Assembly (NCBI GenBank): GCA_965226055.1
Contig: CBDDCA010000006.1
Coordinates: forward strand, 448,001-512,000
From: Spirochaetia bacterium
GTDB lineage: Bacteria > Spirochaetota > Spirochaetia > WTKD01 > G963693115
DNA: 64,000 bases
Direction: 5' to 3'
Part shown: positions 20,039 to 33,928 of the stretch, piece after piece
How positions within the stretch are numbered: position 1 is the first letter of the stretch
How the letters are laid out: every line of letters begins with the position of its first letter
The notes under the pieces: model-generated
What the model saw: the letters and a program-made list of their open reading frames with translations, nothing else
Told to the model about the DNA's origin: nothing
Databases searched by the model: none
Program-made: the position numbers and the translations under genes

Positions 20039-20443
20039 TTATTTTCCAAAAATAAAATGAATTATCTTTGTTCGAAAGACAGAAAATTGCTCCATTATTT
20101 TTTCTATATCATGTAGCATGGTAGCTTTTTTCCCAAATGTTTCAGCAACATCAGCGATAAATTTTTTTTGATTATCATGGTACTGATTATTAGACAAAGC
20201 AGTTGCTATCAATTCAACAAGCACTACTTTCTGTTCTTCTTCCTTTGTAAATATTTCTTGCAACTTTGGGAGAGAGTTAGCAGATGGATGCTCATCGTGT
20301 AATCCCAGTACCATCTCAATACAAATAGAACGCAGATAGTACTCTTCTTTTTCATCTATAGCTCCATCGTCTACAAGCAAGACATGCTTAGCTAATCCTA
20401 AAAATACTTTTTTTTGTTCATATGATAAATTTTCTAAAAACAA
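20039..20443 (-). CDS. TerB-like small helical protein
   Basis: AGGAGG plus TTG start; duplicated TerB-type motif (LLVDDGAIDEKE / ALSNNQYHDNQKKFIADVAETFG). Confidence 0.65.
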   Translation of the reverse strand: MFLENLSYEQKKVFLGLAKHVLLVDDGAIDEKEEYYLRSICIEMVLGLHDEHPSANSLPKLQEIFTKEEEQKVVLVELIATALSNNQYHDNQKKFIADVAETFGKKATMLHDIEKIMEQFSVFRTKIIHFIFGK

Positions 20444-20594
20444 ACTATACCTCCTAAAAAATACTAGTAACAGTATATATATATATGCAAGTACTTTTCA
20501 CAAAAAAATTGCAAATTCTAATGAAAATGTAAGAAAATAAATGAAAAAAATTACAGTCTGATAAAAAGAAACTATCCTGTAATACTACAGTAAA

Positions 20595-24598
<4,004 letters not shown>

Positions 24599-24599
24599 G

Positions 24600-26342
24600 T
24601 TATTTATTATAATACGAACGCTGAAAATAAAGGTATGTGCTGGCAGTAAATGTAAAAGCTGGATCGCTCAACCCTTTCCCACTTATAGCATCAAAGTTTT
24701 CTGCCATTCCCCCAGTATGCACTAAATGCATAAACCGTAGAGCAATATCTTTTGCCATAGCACTATACCCACTACAATGTAATGCATCAACAATAGGCAG
24801 AGTAGTCAGTGGCCATATGTTCCCTCGCCAATACCCATCCGTTGTATAGTAGTTACTTGTAATAGCTTCACTTGCTATGCCAAACTCACTGAGAAAATCA
24901 TGAGATTGCAGTGTATTCACTAACATGCTTCTTATAGTTGCAGGCAACATATCTCCAATAATAATAGGCATACAATGAAGAAGAGACTTACTACATATCT
25001 TTTCTCCTGTTTCATACAATAAAGAAAAAAATTCTTTTCCATCAAAAAGAGTAGTAAGGAATGTTTGCAAATATTCTTTTGAAAGAGCTTGCCATTGCTG
25101 TGCTTCTGTATTTTTGTTAAGATGCATCGCAATAGTAGAGAGTGCTTTCTGCAACACAATAAGATAACAAGGCAAATCAGGAGAAATGACAGGACAGCCT
25201 TTTATAAATACAGTAGCATTATCCCACCCCGAATCATTGCCATGATTATAATAAGGAAGAGGATATTTTCTTACACGCTGTGTTGTCCAGTACTCATGCA
25301 TGTTAGATAACATATCATATGTCTCTTGCAACACACTTTGTTGTGTAAAAAATGCATTCTGCTTCATCATTAGCATATACGCCCAGCCATGTATAGGAGG
25401 TTTTACACAACTATAAGAAGCATATGTATCATTTACAAAATCTGGCAACGCTCCCGAACTGTGCTGAAACTCCTTAAAAAATATAAACTGTTGATACGCT
25501 AACTCAGGATAATTTTTTGCTAAACAAATAGCATTAAAACAATTATCCCAACTCCATATATTAGTCATCCAATTTTTAGACATATACATAGCTTGATAGG
25601 GAAGAATTCCTTCTTTACTGACAAAAGAAGACCATAAAATATAGCTTGCTAATTCTGAAACATCAGCATTGGCAATATCGCTGTCTTTTAATAATATCTG
25701 CTTCCATTGTGTATATTCTTCCAAGTTTTTCTCTTGTACTCTTGCTGTATAAGCAGCAGAATACTGAATATCGTTAGGAGGCACTACCGTATAATTTTCG
25801 ATAATCAACTCAAAGCTGTCATGTACATCAGCTTGTACCTGTGACGAATACTGTAGTAAAGAATCTTGTCTATTGGTGGCATGCTCAGTCCCTATTTCTA
25901 TCACAGCAGTAGTGTTTCCTATACTATCCCATACAGAATTTATCGTTCCTGTTCCTGTAATCACCGTGATACGTGCTTTTGTTTCGTTTGTATAACTGTG
26001 TAATTCATACTCTTGTGTAGCAAGCGTATTTATATGATCATATTTCCCTAACACTGCCTCTAAACATAACGTACAATGTTCCCCTGTCATAGATATTCTC
26101 TTCTCTTCTATGCCAATACTGATACTTGCTTTTTTATGATGCAACAAAAGTCTATGTGGTTCAAACACTACACTATAATCAATACTCTGTTTCATAGCAT
26201 CTTGCATGATCAGCTTAAACAATGCTCCTGTTTTAGTATCTCCTCCATGTATATTTCGTATATATATGCCATTCTCTATCCAAGAAAGAACAAGATAACT
26301 CCCTTTTTGAGAAAAAGGTACTGTGCGTATATCAAAGCCCAT
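24600..26342 (-). CDS. MGH1-like/GH63-type glycoside hydrolase
   Basis: WSWDNCF, KPPIHGW, HGNDSGWDN, YWRGNIWP, ENFD. Start moved to the ATG at 26342, just after the upstream stop. Confidence 0.8.
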   Translation of the reverse strand: MGFDIRTVPFSQKGSYLVLSWIENGIYIRNIHGGDTKTGALFKLIMQDAMKQSIDYSVVFEPHRLLLHHKKASISIGIEEKRISMTGEHCTLCLEAVLGKYDHINTLATQEYELHSYTNETKARITVITGTGTINSVWDSIGNTTAVIEIGTEHATNRQDSLLQYSSQVQADVHDSFELIIENYTVVPPNDIQYSAAYTARVQEKNLEEYTQWKQILLKDSDIANADVSELASYILWSSFVSKEGILPYQAMYMSKNWMTNIWSWDNCFNAICLAKNYPELAYQQFIFFKEFQHSSGALPDFVNDTYASYSCVKPPIHGWAYMLMMKQNAFFTQQSVLQETYDMLSNMHEYWTTQRVRKYPLPYYNHGNDSGWDNATVFIKGCPVISPDLPCYLIVLQKALSTIAMHLNKNTEAQQWQALSKEYLQTFLTTLFDGKEFFSLLYETGEKICSKSLLHCMPIIIGDMLPATIRSMLVNTLQSHDFLSEFGIASEAITSNYYTTDGYWRGNIWPLTTLPIVDALHCSGYSAMAKDIALRFMHLVHTGGMAENFDAISGKGLSDPAFTFTASTYLYFQRSYYNK

Positions 26343-26343
26343 A

Positions 26344-27171
26344 CTACTTAATCCCAGAAAGAGATACCCCTTCAACAAAACGTTTCTGAAAAAACAAGTA
26401 TACCACTAATATAGGAATGATTGTAATAGCTGTTGTAGCAAAAAGCCCTCCATAGTTTGTATTATTTTGTCCACTAAAATAACTCAGCGCAACCGCAAGA
26501 GGAAACTTATCTTGTGATACAAGCACAAGATATGGCCACAAAAAATCTTCCCAATTCCATAAAAATAAGAAAATACTAAGAGCAGATATCATATTTACAG
26601 ATAACGGAATGGCAATACTATGAAAAATTCTCCACTCAGATGCTCCTTCCATTCGAGCAGCTTCTATAAGCTCATTTGGTATCCCGTACTGCATATATTG
26701 CCTCATCATAAAAATACCAAAAGAAGAATACAGCGTTGGGAGTATCACTGCTATATACCTATCTATAAGACGAAACATATTCATCATTTCATACAAAGGA
26801 ATTACCATAATAAGATAAGGTACCATCATAGTAAACAATATTACAATGAAGATAGTGTTTTTATACTTAAAATTATATTTTGCAAACACAAACCCGCACA
26901 GTAATGAAGTATATACCCCAATAAATGTTTTAATACTTGCAAGAAATATAGAATTACCAAAATAACGAGTAATATTAAATTTAGTTATTGTTTCTACATA
27001 ATTGTTGACTGTCCACTCTTTTGGAAAAAAACTAGGAGGAACAGATATTATTTCATCTGTATGCTTAAATGTAGAGAGCATAAGCCACAAAAATGGCAAA
27101 AACATAATCAATGCTCCCCCTCCTACCACACACAAAAGAAATATCTGATATCGTTTTTGCACAATATTCAT
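26344..27171 (-). CDS. Carbohydrate ABC transporter permease (MalG-like)
   Basis: IPNELIEAARMEGAS EAA loop, WNWEDFLWP. Confidence 0.92.
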   Translation of the reverse strand: MNIVQKRYQIFLLCVVGGGALIMFLPFLWLMLSTFKHTDEIISVPPSFFPKEWTVNNYVETITKFNITRYFGNSIFLASIKTFIGVYTSLLCGFVFAKYNFKYKNTIFIVILFTMMVPYLIMVIPLYEMMNMFRLIDRYIAVILPTLYSSFGIFMMRQYMQYGIPNELIEAARMEGASEWRIFHSIAIPLSVNMISALSIFLFLWNWEDFLWPYLVLVSQDKFPLAVALSYFSGQNNTNYGGLFATTAITIIPILVVYLFFQKRFVEGVSLSGIK

Positions 27172-28064
27172 TTTGCACTGCCTTTCTGTAATATCTTAAA
27201 CTGTATAGCTGTAACAATCATAATAATAATAAATAACACTACCGCTAAAGCAGAAGCATATCCAAAACGATATTTCTTAAATGCTTCATTAAATATTAAA
27301 TAGGAAAGAACATTTGTAGCATTTCCTGGACCTCCTTTTGTCATAATAAAAATAGGAACAAAACTTTGAAAGTACGAAATAAGAGATGTGATAACAATAA
27401 AAATTGTTATAGGTCGCAACAAAGGTATGGTAAGAGAAAAAAACTTTTGTCGTTCATTAGCCCCATCCAAAGTTGCAGCCTCATACAAAACTTTAGGAAT
27501 AGCAAGATACGCTGCTATATAAATTATTATGGCATATCCTATATCTTTCCATACTGTCATAACAATTATTGACGGCATAGCGAGATTTGTATCAGAAAGC
27601 CATGCAGGACCTACAACCCCAAACATAGCAAGCATAAAATTCATAAGCCCAACACGAGGATGGTATATCCATTTCCACACAATAGTAATAGCCACAATAG
27701 GCATAATAACAGGCAAAAAGTAAAAACTTCGAATAACATCTCTTCCTTTACTAATGGAGACAATGCTCACCGCAAGAATCAATCCAAACACTGTTCTCAG
27801 TATTACTGCAACCCCAGCATAGAATAGCGTGTTCTTAAGAGATTGCTTAAAAATAGGAGATACAAAAATTTTCAGATAATTACTAAACCCAACAAAATCC
27901 ATTGTTCCTACAAGAGGATTCCACTTATAAAAACTTCCAATGACACTCCATATCAACGGTATAAAGAAAAAAATGATATTAAAAAGAATTAACCCCCCCA
28001 TCGCTACATATATAATTGTTCTCTGCGATGACAGTAATGTTCCTTTATATCTTCTTTGTTTCAT
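27168..28064 (-). CDS. Carbohydrate ABC transporter permease (MalF-like)
   Basis: LYEAATLDGAN EAA loop, FGYASALA. Confidence 0.92.
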   Translation of the reverse strand: MKQRRYKGTLLSSQRTIIYVAMGGLILFNIIFFFIPLIWSVIGSFYKWNPLVGTMDFVGFSNYLKIFVSPIFKQSLKNTLFYAGVAVILRTVFGLILAVSIVSISKGRDVIRSFYFLPVIMPIVAITIVWKWIYHPRVGLMNFMLAMFGVVGPAWLSDTNLAMPSIIVMTVWKDIGYAIIIYIAAYLAIPKVLYEAATLDGANERQKFFSLTIPLLRPITIFIVITSLISYFQSFVPIFIMTKGGPGNATNVLSYLIFNEAFKKYRFGYASALAVVLFIIIMIVTAIQFKILQKGSAK

Positions 28065-28075
28065 AGCATAGTATA

Positions 28076-29311
28076 TTATCGAAATGCATTTTCCATACGC
28101 TGTAATGTAGTACTATCAATTCCATCTGCATTAAGGTACGCCTCTTGTATTGCCTGTTCTGTAGACATACCATTGAGAACACTTTCGAGCATAGTATTAT
28201 ATACTTGCTCTAATGCACGAGGTGGCACACTTAGGTTGGAGTTTCCTGCATCAAATGTTTTTTGCACTGCATCTCCTGCAGTAAATGCTTGATACGAAAC
28301 TTGTACTTCTGTATTATTTGGAACTCCTGAGTTCCCTTTTACTATTGCAGTGATAGTAGGTATATCAGTAAGCATAAACTGTACAAAATCATTTAATAAC
28401 TGGTATTTTGTATCAGACACATTTTTATTGATACCAAAAGAAAGCTCAGCAGAATTATGAGTTTGTTCACTAGGAACAGGAAATGCCTTAAATTTCTCTT
28501 TCACTTCTTGTGGAGCCCAAAATTCCATCCAAGGTTCACCATAAATAAATGCCGCTACCCCTTCATATAATGTATTTTCTGGTGACCCTGCACCAAACTT
28601 CAAATAATCAGCAGCACCCATTTCAGTCCATGAAACAATTTTTTTTAGTCCTGCCTCAGTAAACACAAGACCATCATTATCAGTGAGATATTCACCATTT
28701 TGATACGCAAGATCCCATAGTATATGAAATGGAAAATCAAACCCAATAATACCTTTTTCTCCATTTGTATATGCCTGTGCTTTTTGAATCAACTCTTCCC
28801 ATGTAGTAGGATATTTTTTCCAATCTGATACAATATCAGTATTAACATACATAATTTTACTTACAAACACAGTAGGAATAAAATAGGGCATTCCATTACT
28901 ATCTACATATAAATCGGTAACCTTAAATTTACTCAAAACATCATCGCTAAAAGATAATGGCTTTGCAATAGATGTTAGTATATCAGTATATGCTACATGA
29001 GATAAAAAGATATCTGGTCCTCGTCCTTGATTTACTTCTAAAGGCAGCTTAGTCCAATAATCTCCCCACGGCTGCTGTTCTATTTTATATGTAAATTCTC
29101 TTCCTTGACTTACAAGATACTCTTGATAATTTTCGAACATATCAAAATAAAACCCGTATTCTTGCTCATCACCCGGTATCCAAACAAGGACAGTAGTATC
29201 TTGTTTTTTTGTAGTGTCATTCTTTTTTGATTTTTGTTTAGAACATCCCCCATTCATCAATAACAACACAACTATAATAGAAAAAACTATTCCTTTTAAT
29301 TTCATACCCAT
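28076..29311 (-). CDS. Sugar ABC transporter substrate-binding lipoprotein
   Basis: GGC lipobox, PWGDYWTKL..GRGPDIF, YPTTWEEL. Confidence 0.88.
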   Translation of the reverse strand: MGMKLKGIVFSIIVVLLLMNGGCSKQKSKKNDTTKKQDTTVLVWIPGDEQEYGFYFDMFENYQEYLVSQGREFTYKIEQQPWGDYWTKLPLEVNQGRGPDIFLSHVAYTDILTSIAKPLSFSDDVLSKFKVTDLYVDSNGMPYFIPTVFVSKIMYVNTDIVSDWKKYPTTWEELIQKAQAYTNGEKGIIGFDFPFHILWDLAYQNGEYLTDNDGLVFTEAGLKKIVSWTEMGAADYLKFGAGSPENTLYEGVAAFIYGEPWMEFWAPQEVKEKFKAFPVPSEQTHNSAELSFGINKNVSDTKYQLLNDFVQFMLTDIPTITAIVKGNSGVPNNTEVQVSYQAFTAGDAVQKTFDAGNSNLSVPPRALEQVYNTMLESVLNGMSTEQAIQEAYLNADGIDSTTLQRMENAFR

Positions 29312-29475
29312 AAAGATCCTCCTATAATACAGTTATTGTTTCATAACTTATTATTTATATAAGATACTTATATTATACCTTATTTCAAAAATACTAGAAA
29401 ACACATCATGAGAAGAATATAGCACCAACAGCACAAACATACATTGAAAATAAATATATGTGCCTGAAAAAATCT

Positions 29476-30921
29476 CTAACTTATACGTAACTGCCCCATC
29501 ATCCCTACATCTTCATGTTCTAGCAGGTGACAATGATAGAGATATATACCATCATAAGTATCAAAAGTAACCAACAGCTCCAACTCTACATCAGGTAACA
29601 CAAGTACAGTATCTTTTAACCCTTGCATTTCTAAAGGAACTGCTCCACCATTATATGATAATACAGAAAACTGTATCCCATGCACATGAAATGTATGAGG
29701 CAATCGTGACATCATTCCTCCACTACTAGACCGATTACTTACTTTCCATATTTCTGTATCACCTTTTTCAAATTCAAAATCTATTCTTGTTTTATTAAAT
29801 GTTTTTCCATTGATAGTAGTTCCATTAGACATTCCTCTCCCTGAAAGAGAAAAGTTTCGAACAGGCATGGTGTGTACATTATTGCGAGCTATAGAAGGAA
29901 CAGGAAGAAGCGTATTTGGAATGCTAGTCATTGCTGAGCTATGCTCCTGAATAGAGCTAGTATCAAAGCGCACTGCTTCTTGTAACTCACCTCCATGTAT
30001 ACTCGCATAGAGTGCAGGTGTAACCTGTGTTGTACTATCACTAAAATCAACTAACACTTCTATGCGTTCACCAGAAGACAGCATTATACGAGATATTTCT
30101 GTAGGTCGTTCTAAAAAACTTGCCCCATTCGCAATAAGATAGGCAGAAACCCCTTCAAAAACATAGGTATGAATACCAAAATTAGATGCATTTAAGATAC
30201 GAAAACGAATAATCTTTTGACTAGGAGAAAACACTGGTCGTATTTTTCCATTGACCAAAAGAGTGTTTCCTATATATCCCATAAGAGATGTATGCATATT
30301 AGCTCTATACTGTTGCTTTCCATTTCTATCTAAAACTTTATCCTGAATAATAAGCGGAATATCATTTACTCCATAGGTACTTGGCAAAGATAATGCTTTT
30401 GATTGCTCATCTTCAATAATAATCATACCCGCCAACCCGTAGTACACTTGCTTCGCTGTTTCTCCCATTCTATGAGGATGATACCAAAAAGTACCTGCTC
30501 CTTGAAGTATAGGATATTCCACATTCCATACATCTTTTGCAGCAATGGACTGATACATAGTACCATCTGCATAATCAGGAATAATAAGCCCATGTTGATG
30601 AAAGGTAGTAATAAAAGAAAGATTATTTCTTACTGATAATGCAACTTCATCACCTTTCTTGTACATAATGGTCGGCCCTAAATAACTCTCATCATTATAT
30701 GCAAAAGATGCAACATCTCGAGAAGTAAAGCGATGCTTTGCAGAATTAGCTTCAAGCTCTACTATTTTTTTACCATCCTGCACAGAAACATCTAAAAGCG
30801 GTGGTATATAGAGTTCTTGAGATTCAATTTCTTTTTCAATAAATGAAAAACTAACTATACTAAAAAGAAATACAAGGCAGCATTTCTTAATATGACCAAT
30901 TTTTATATGTTTAACACTCAT
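29476..30921 (-). CDS. Multicopper oxidase (CueO/laccase-like)
   Basis: HQHG, WYHPH, HTFHVHG and YHCHLLEHEDVGMM copper motifs. Start moved to ATG 30921 because the track start overlaps the -10 box. Confidence 0.92.
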   Translation of the reverse strand: MSVKHIKIGHIKKCCLVFLFSIVSFSFIEKEIESQELYIPPLLDVSVQDGKKIVELEANSAKHRFTSRDVASFAYNDESYLGPTIMYKKGDEVALSVRNNLSFITTFHQHGLIIPDYADGTMYQSIAAKDVWNVEYPILQGAGTFWYHPHRMGETAKQVYYGLAGMIIIEDEQSKALSLPSTYGVNDIPLIIQDKVLDRNGKQQYRANMHTSLMGYIGNTLLVNGKIRPVFSPSQKIIRFRILNASNFGIHTYVFEGVSAYLIANGASFLERPTEISRIMLSSGERIEVLVDFSDSTTQVTPALYASIHGGELQEAVRFDTSSIQEHSSAMTSIPNTLLPVPSIARNNVHTMPVRNFSLSGRGMSNGTTINGKTFNKTRIDFEFEKGDTEIWKVSNRSSSGGMMSRLPHTFHVHGIQFSVLSYNGGAVPLEMQGLKDTVLVLPDVELELLVTFDTYDGIYLYHCHLLEHEDVGMMGQLRIS

Positions 30922-30929
30922 CGAATGCA

Positions 30930-30959
30930 ATTATACACCAAAAATACATATTTTGTCAA
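30930..30959 (-). promoter_or_regulatory. Sigma70 promoter of the multicopper oxidase
   Basis: TTGACA-N18-TATAAT on the minus strand. Confidence 0.7.
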
Positions 30960-31020
30960 GAGTTTTTTGCAAATTTTGTAACAAAAACCTGAAAATGTCA
31001 CCTTTATACACCACACTCTA

Positions 31021-31048
31021 TTGCGTAAATATACATCTATGCTATAAT
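31021..31048 (+). promoter_or_regulatory. Sigma70 promoter of the tRNA pair
   Basis: TTGCGT-N16-TATAAT with extended -10 TGn. Confidence 0.6.
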
Positions 31049-31062
31049 AGTGAATAGAGTAT

Positions 31063-31135
31063 CGGGGCATGGCCTAGTGGCTATGGCGCCTGCTTTGGGA
31101 GCAGGAGATCGCAGGTTCAAATCCTGCTGCCCCGA
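31063..31135 (+). tRNA. tRNA-Pro(TGG)
   Basis: CGGGGCA/TGCCCCG acceptor stem; anticodon arm CCTGC-TTTGGGA-GCAGG; GGTTCAAATCC T-arm. Confidence 0.96.
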
Positions 31136-31178
31136 TATATTTCGCCATGATATATGCTTTGCAAAAAGCATCCCTAAA

Positions 31179-31252
31179 GCACCCATAGCTCAGCTGGATA
31201 GAGCAACGGCCTTCTAAGCCGCAGGTCAGAGGTTCGAATCCTCTTGGGTGCG
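31179..31252 (+). tRNA. tRNA-Arg(TCT)
   Basis: GCACCCA/TGGGTGC acceptor stem; CGGC-CTTCTAA-GCCG anticodon arm; GGTTCGAATCC. Confidence 0.96.
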
Positions 31253-31359
31253 TAATTGAATACTATAACCAAACACTATAGCTAATAGTACAGGTATCGT
31301 AGTTAGCACCGCACCTAAAAGATACAATACTAACTATAACTGCAATGAAACTCTAATAA

Positions 31360-32433
31360 CTAAAAAGAAAATTTATCGTAAGAATTCAGATCTTTACATG
31401 CTTCAATAAGCCTGTCACTAATTCCATCTTCCCCTTTTAGAAGCCATACACGAGGATCAATAACTTTCTTATTTGGTTTATCTTCCCCTTCTGGATTTCC
31501 AATTTGAGACAATAGATAATCATGATTTTTATCCATATATTCACGAACAGGTTTAGTGAAGGCCCATTGAGTGTCCGTATCTATATTCATCTTAATAACT
31601 CCATAATGAAGCGATTCTTCTATCTTTGATTTTTCAGAACCAGACCCTCCATGAAACACTAAGTTTAATGGATTATGCCTTAGATTTCTTTCTTTTGCTA
31701 CCATATCCTGTGAGTTTTTAAGAATTTCAGGAGTAAGTTTTACATTGCCAGGCTTATATACCCCATGTGTATTACCAAACGAAGCAGCAACAGTAAAGTA
31801 CCCTAAGGGCTGCAATGTATCATATGCTTTTAATACATGTTCAGGCTGAGTGTATAATCGAGAAGAATCTATGTCGCTATTATCTACTCCATCTTCTTCA
31901 CCACCAGTCACTCCTAATTCTATCTCTAATGTAATATCAAGCTTTGCTAGCTTTTGCAAATACTCTGCACATGTAGCGAGATTTTCCTCCAAATTTTCTT
32001 CTGATAAATCAAGCATATGAGAACTAAACAATGGCATTTTCTGTGCATCATAAAATTTTCTATTTTCTTCTATCAATCCATCAACCCATGAAATAATCTT
32101 GCGTTGACAATGATCGGTGTGTAAAATTACTGGCACCCCATATACTTGCGCCATTTTATGCACATGAAACGCTCCCGTGGCTGTTCCTATTACTTCTGCT
32201 TTATCACTGTACTCTTTTGCATGTTTCCCTGCATTAAATAAGCCACCTCCATTTGAAAACTGAATCATAACAGGTGCTTGTGCCTTCTTTGCTGCATACA
32301 ATGAAGCATTGATACTACTTGAACCCACAACATTCACGGCAGGTAACGCACATTTCTGTTCTTTACAATATTCAAATAATTCTTGTAATTGTTGCCCATA
32401 TACTAATCCAGGCTTTAATGATAACTTTGACAT
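31360..32433 (-). CDS. fbaA: Class II fructose-bisphosphate aldolase
   Basis: LHTDHC, SSHMLDLS, ELGVTGGEEDG, FGNTHGVYKPG, VFHGGSG, MNIDTD. Confidence 0.96.
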   Translation of the reverse strand: MSKLSLKPGLVYGQQLQELFEYCKEQKCALPAVNVVGSSSINASLYAAKKAQAPVMIQFSNGGGLFNAGKHAKEYSDKAEVIGTATGAFHVHKMAQVYGVPVILHTDHCQRKIISWVDGLIEENRKFYDAQKMPLFSSHMLDLSEENLEENLATCAEYLQKLAKLDITLEIELGVTGGEEDGVDNSDIDSSRLYTQPEHVLKAYDTLQPLGYFTVAASFGNTHGVYKPGNVKLTPEILKNSQDMVAKERNLRHNPLNLVFHGGSGSEKSKIEESLHYGVIKMNIDTDTQWAFTKPVREYMDKNHDYLLSQIGNPEGEDKPNKKVIDPRVWLLKGEDGISDRLIEACKDLNSYDKFSF

Positions 32434-32631
32434 AAAAATCTCCTTATAATTGGTGTATCACCATAATTTTTTCATACTGTATTATGAGTATAGCACATAT
32501 AAGATGTATTATATTTGCTCTTCTATATATCTTATTTTTATTGTTGATACCCTATCCATTTACTGCATGCCAATGCCATAGTATTTCTCTGATACAACAT
32601 CCTATTCTCCTACCTCCTGTTTTTTTACCCC

Positions 32632-33828
32632 CTATTTTCCTACCCATAGTATACGGCTGACATACTGACTGTTCTGTATGCTTTCAAGCAAAGTTCCATA
32701 ACTATACAATAACGAATCTTGCACTATCCCTGCACTGTTATTTACAGGATAAAAATCATTAAATACCGCATGTGCCTCTTTACTTTCTACTGCAAGTATC
32801 ATATCCTTTCTGCTGTCACTTGCTCTTCCATGTGGCAACGATACATTTACTACTCCAGTTTCGGGATATATTATAGACTCTCTGTAAGATACCAGTGTAT
32901 TTACTACAAACGATTGTACTGCCCCAAAACTATGAACATAAAACAAAGAAACATAGACAGAGCTTTCTTTTATCTGTGGAGTGTACCGTAACACAAAATA
33001 CTGATTTTCTCTCAATATACGATCTTTTGTATTTTCCAAATATGCTAGCTGATCGTTATCAACTACAAGCACTTCAATAGCATAAGGGTTGTAAGAAGAT
33101 GAGTACACAGTACCAATAAAATTATCAGCAAACTCCTTATCATTGAGTAACACTTGTGCATCTCCCATATGTACATACCAACTCTCATTTTTATACCCTA
33201 GCTGAAAATTACTCTTTATGCCTAGAGATACTAGTAACTTATAAAAGGGTAATTTTGTTTTAATATTGGCAGAAGCAAGTACAGAAGTATTATTTTTAGA
33301 AAAATCATGTGCTACATTAGCTGTCAATAATCGCGATCCTAAAGTACTCGTATCATACACCATTGCTACAAATATAGTGTTTCCTATTTTTTCACGCCTT
33401 AGTATTGAAGTATTTTGCAGTACAGCGTTACTCTGAGAAGTACTATTTACTACGGTAGTTTGTTCCACTACTGTACCATCACTCTCAATAATTGCTTTGT
33501 CCTGCACATTTCTTTCAACAATAACAGTAAGAGCATTGGTAATATCTGCAAGGGCTTGTGCTTCTGCTATTTCTTGACTATTGCCAGAGCCATATCCTAT
33601 TATCTGCTTTTTAGAGGGAGAAGAAAGCGTATAATACCATGCTGGTTCTTGCGAAAAAATCTCTGAGTTGTCTTCCTTACTCTGATATTCACTCTGTTCT
33701 ATAATACTATCATCACTCTCATGTTCCTGCTCTTCTTCATGTTCTGCTAGAGCATAAACAGTATGAGAAAAAAGAAACAGACAATATATACCATAGCCCC
33801 ATACCCACACTATTCTGTGCCAATACAT
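32632..33828 (-). CDS. Secreted LPP20-domain protein
   Basis: Signal peptide; PAWY..IGYGSG..AEAQALADI pattern. Confidence 0.6.
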   Translation of the reverse strand: MYWHRIVWVWGYGIYCLFLFSHTVYALAEHEEEQEHESDDSIIEQSEYQSKEDNSEIFSQEPAWYYTLSSPSKKQIIGYGSGNSQEIAEAQALADITNALTVIVERNVQDKAIIESDGTVVEQTTVVNSTSQSNAVLQNTSILRREKIGNTIFVAMVYDTSTLGSRLLTANVAHDFSKNNTSVLASANIKTKLPFYKLLVSLGIKSNFQLGYKNESWYVHMGDAQVLLNDKEFADNFIGTVYSSSYNPYAIEVLVVDNDQLAYLENTKDRILRENQYFVLRYTPQIKESSVYVSLFYVHSFGAVQSFVVNTLVSYRESIIYPETGVVNVSLPHGRASDSRKDMILAVESKEAHAVFNDFYPVNNSAGIVQDSLLYSYGTLLESIQNSQYVSRILWVGK

Positions 33829-33876
33829 GCTATTCCTCAGTGTATTTTTTCATTTCTATGTATATGTATCCCATAT

Positions 33877-33909
33877 AAAAAAGGAAGGAATATCATTCCT
33901 TCCTTTTTT
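33877..33909. terminator. Rho-independent terminator (bidirectional-looking)
   Basis: aaaaaaggaaggaat-atc-attccttcctttttt. Confidence 0.8.
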
Positions 33910-33928
33910 ATAACTATATCTGTCCTAC

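Noticed and set aside
27993-27999. C7 run (G7 on the coding strand) in the sugar permease as a phase-variation tract
   Set aside because: Short, the gene is in frame, and it simply encodes Met-Gly-Gly
31063-31360. tRNA-anchored genomic island
   Set aside because: No integrase and no duplicated tRNA 3' end seen; flanking genes are ordinary
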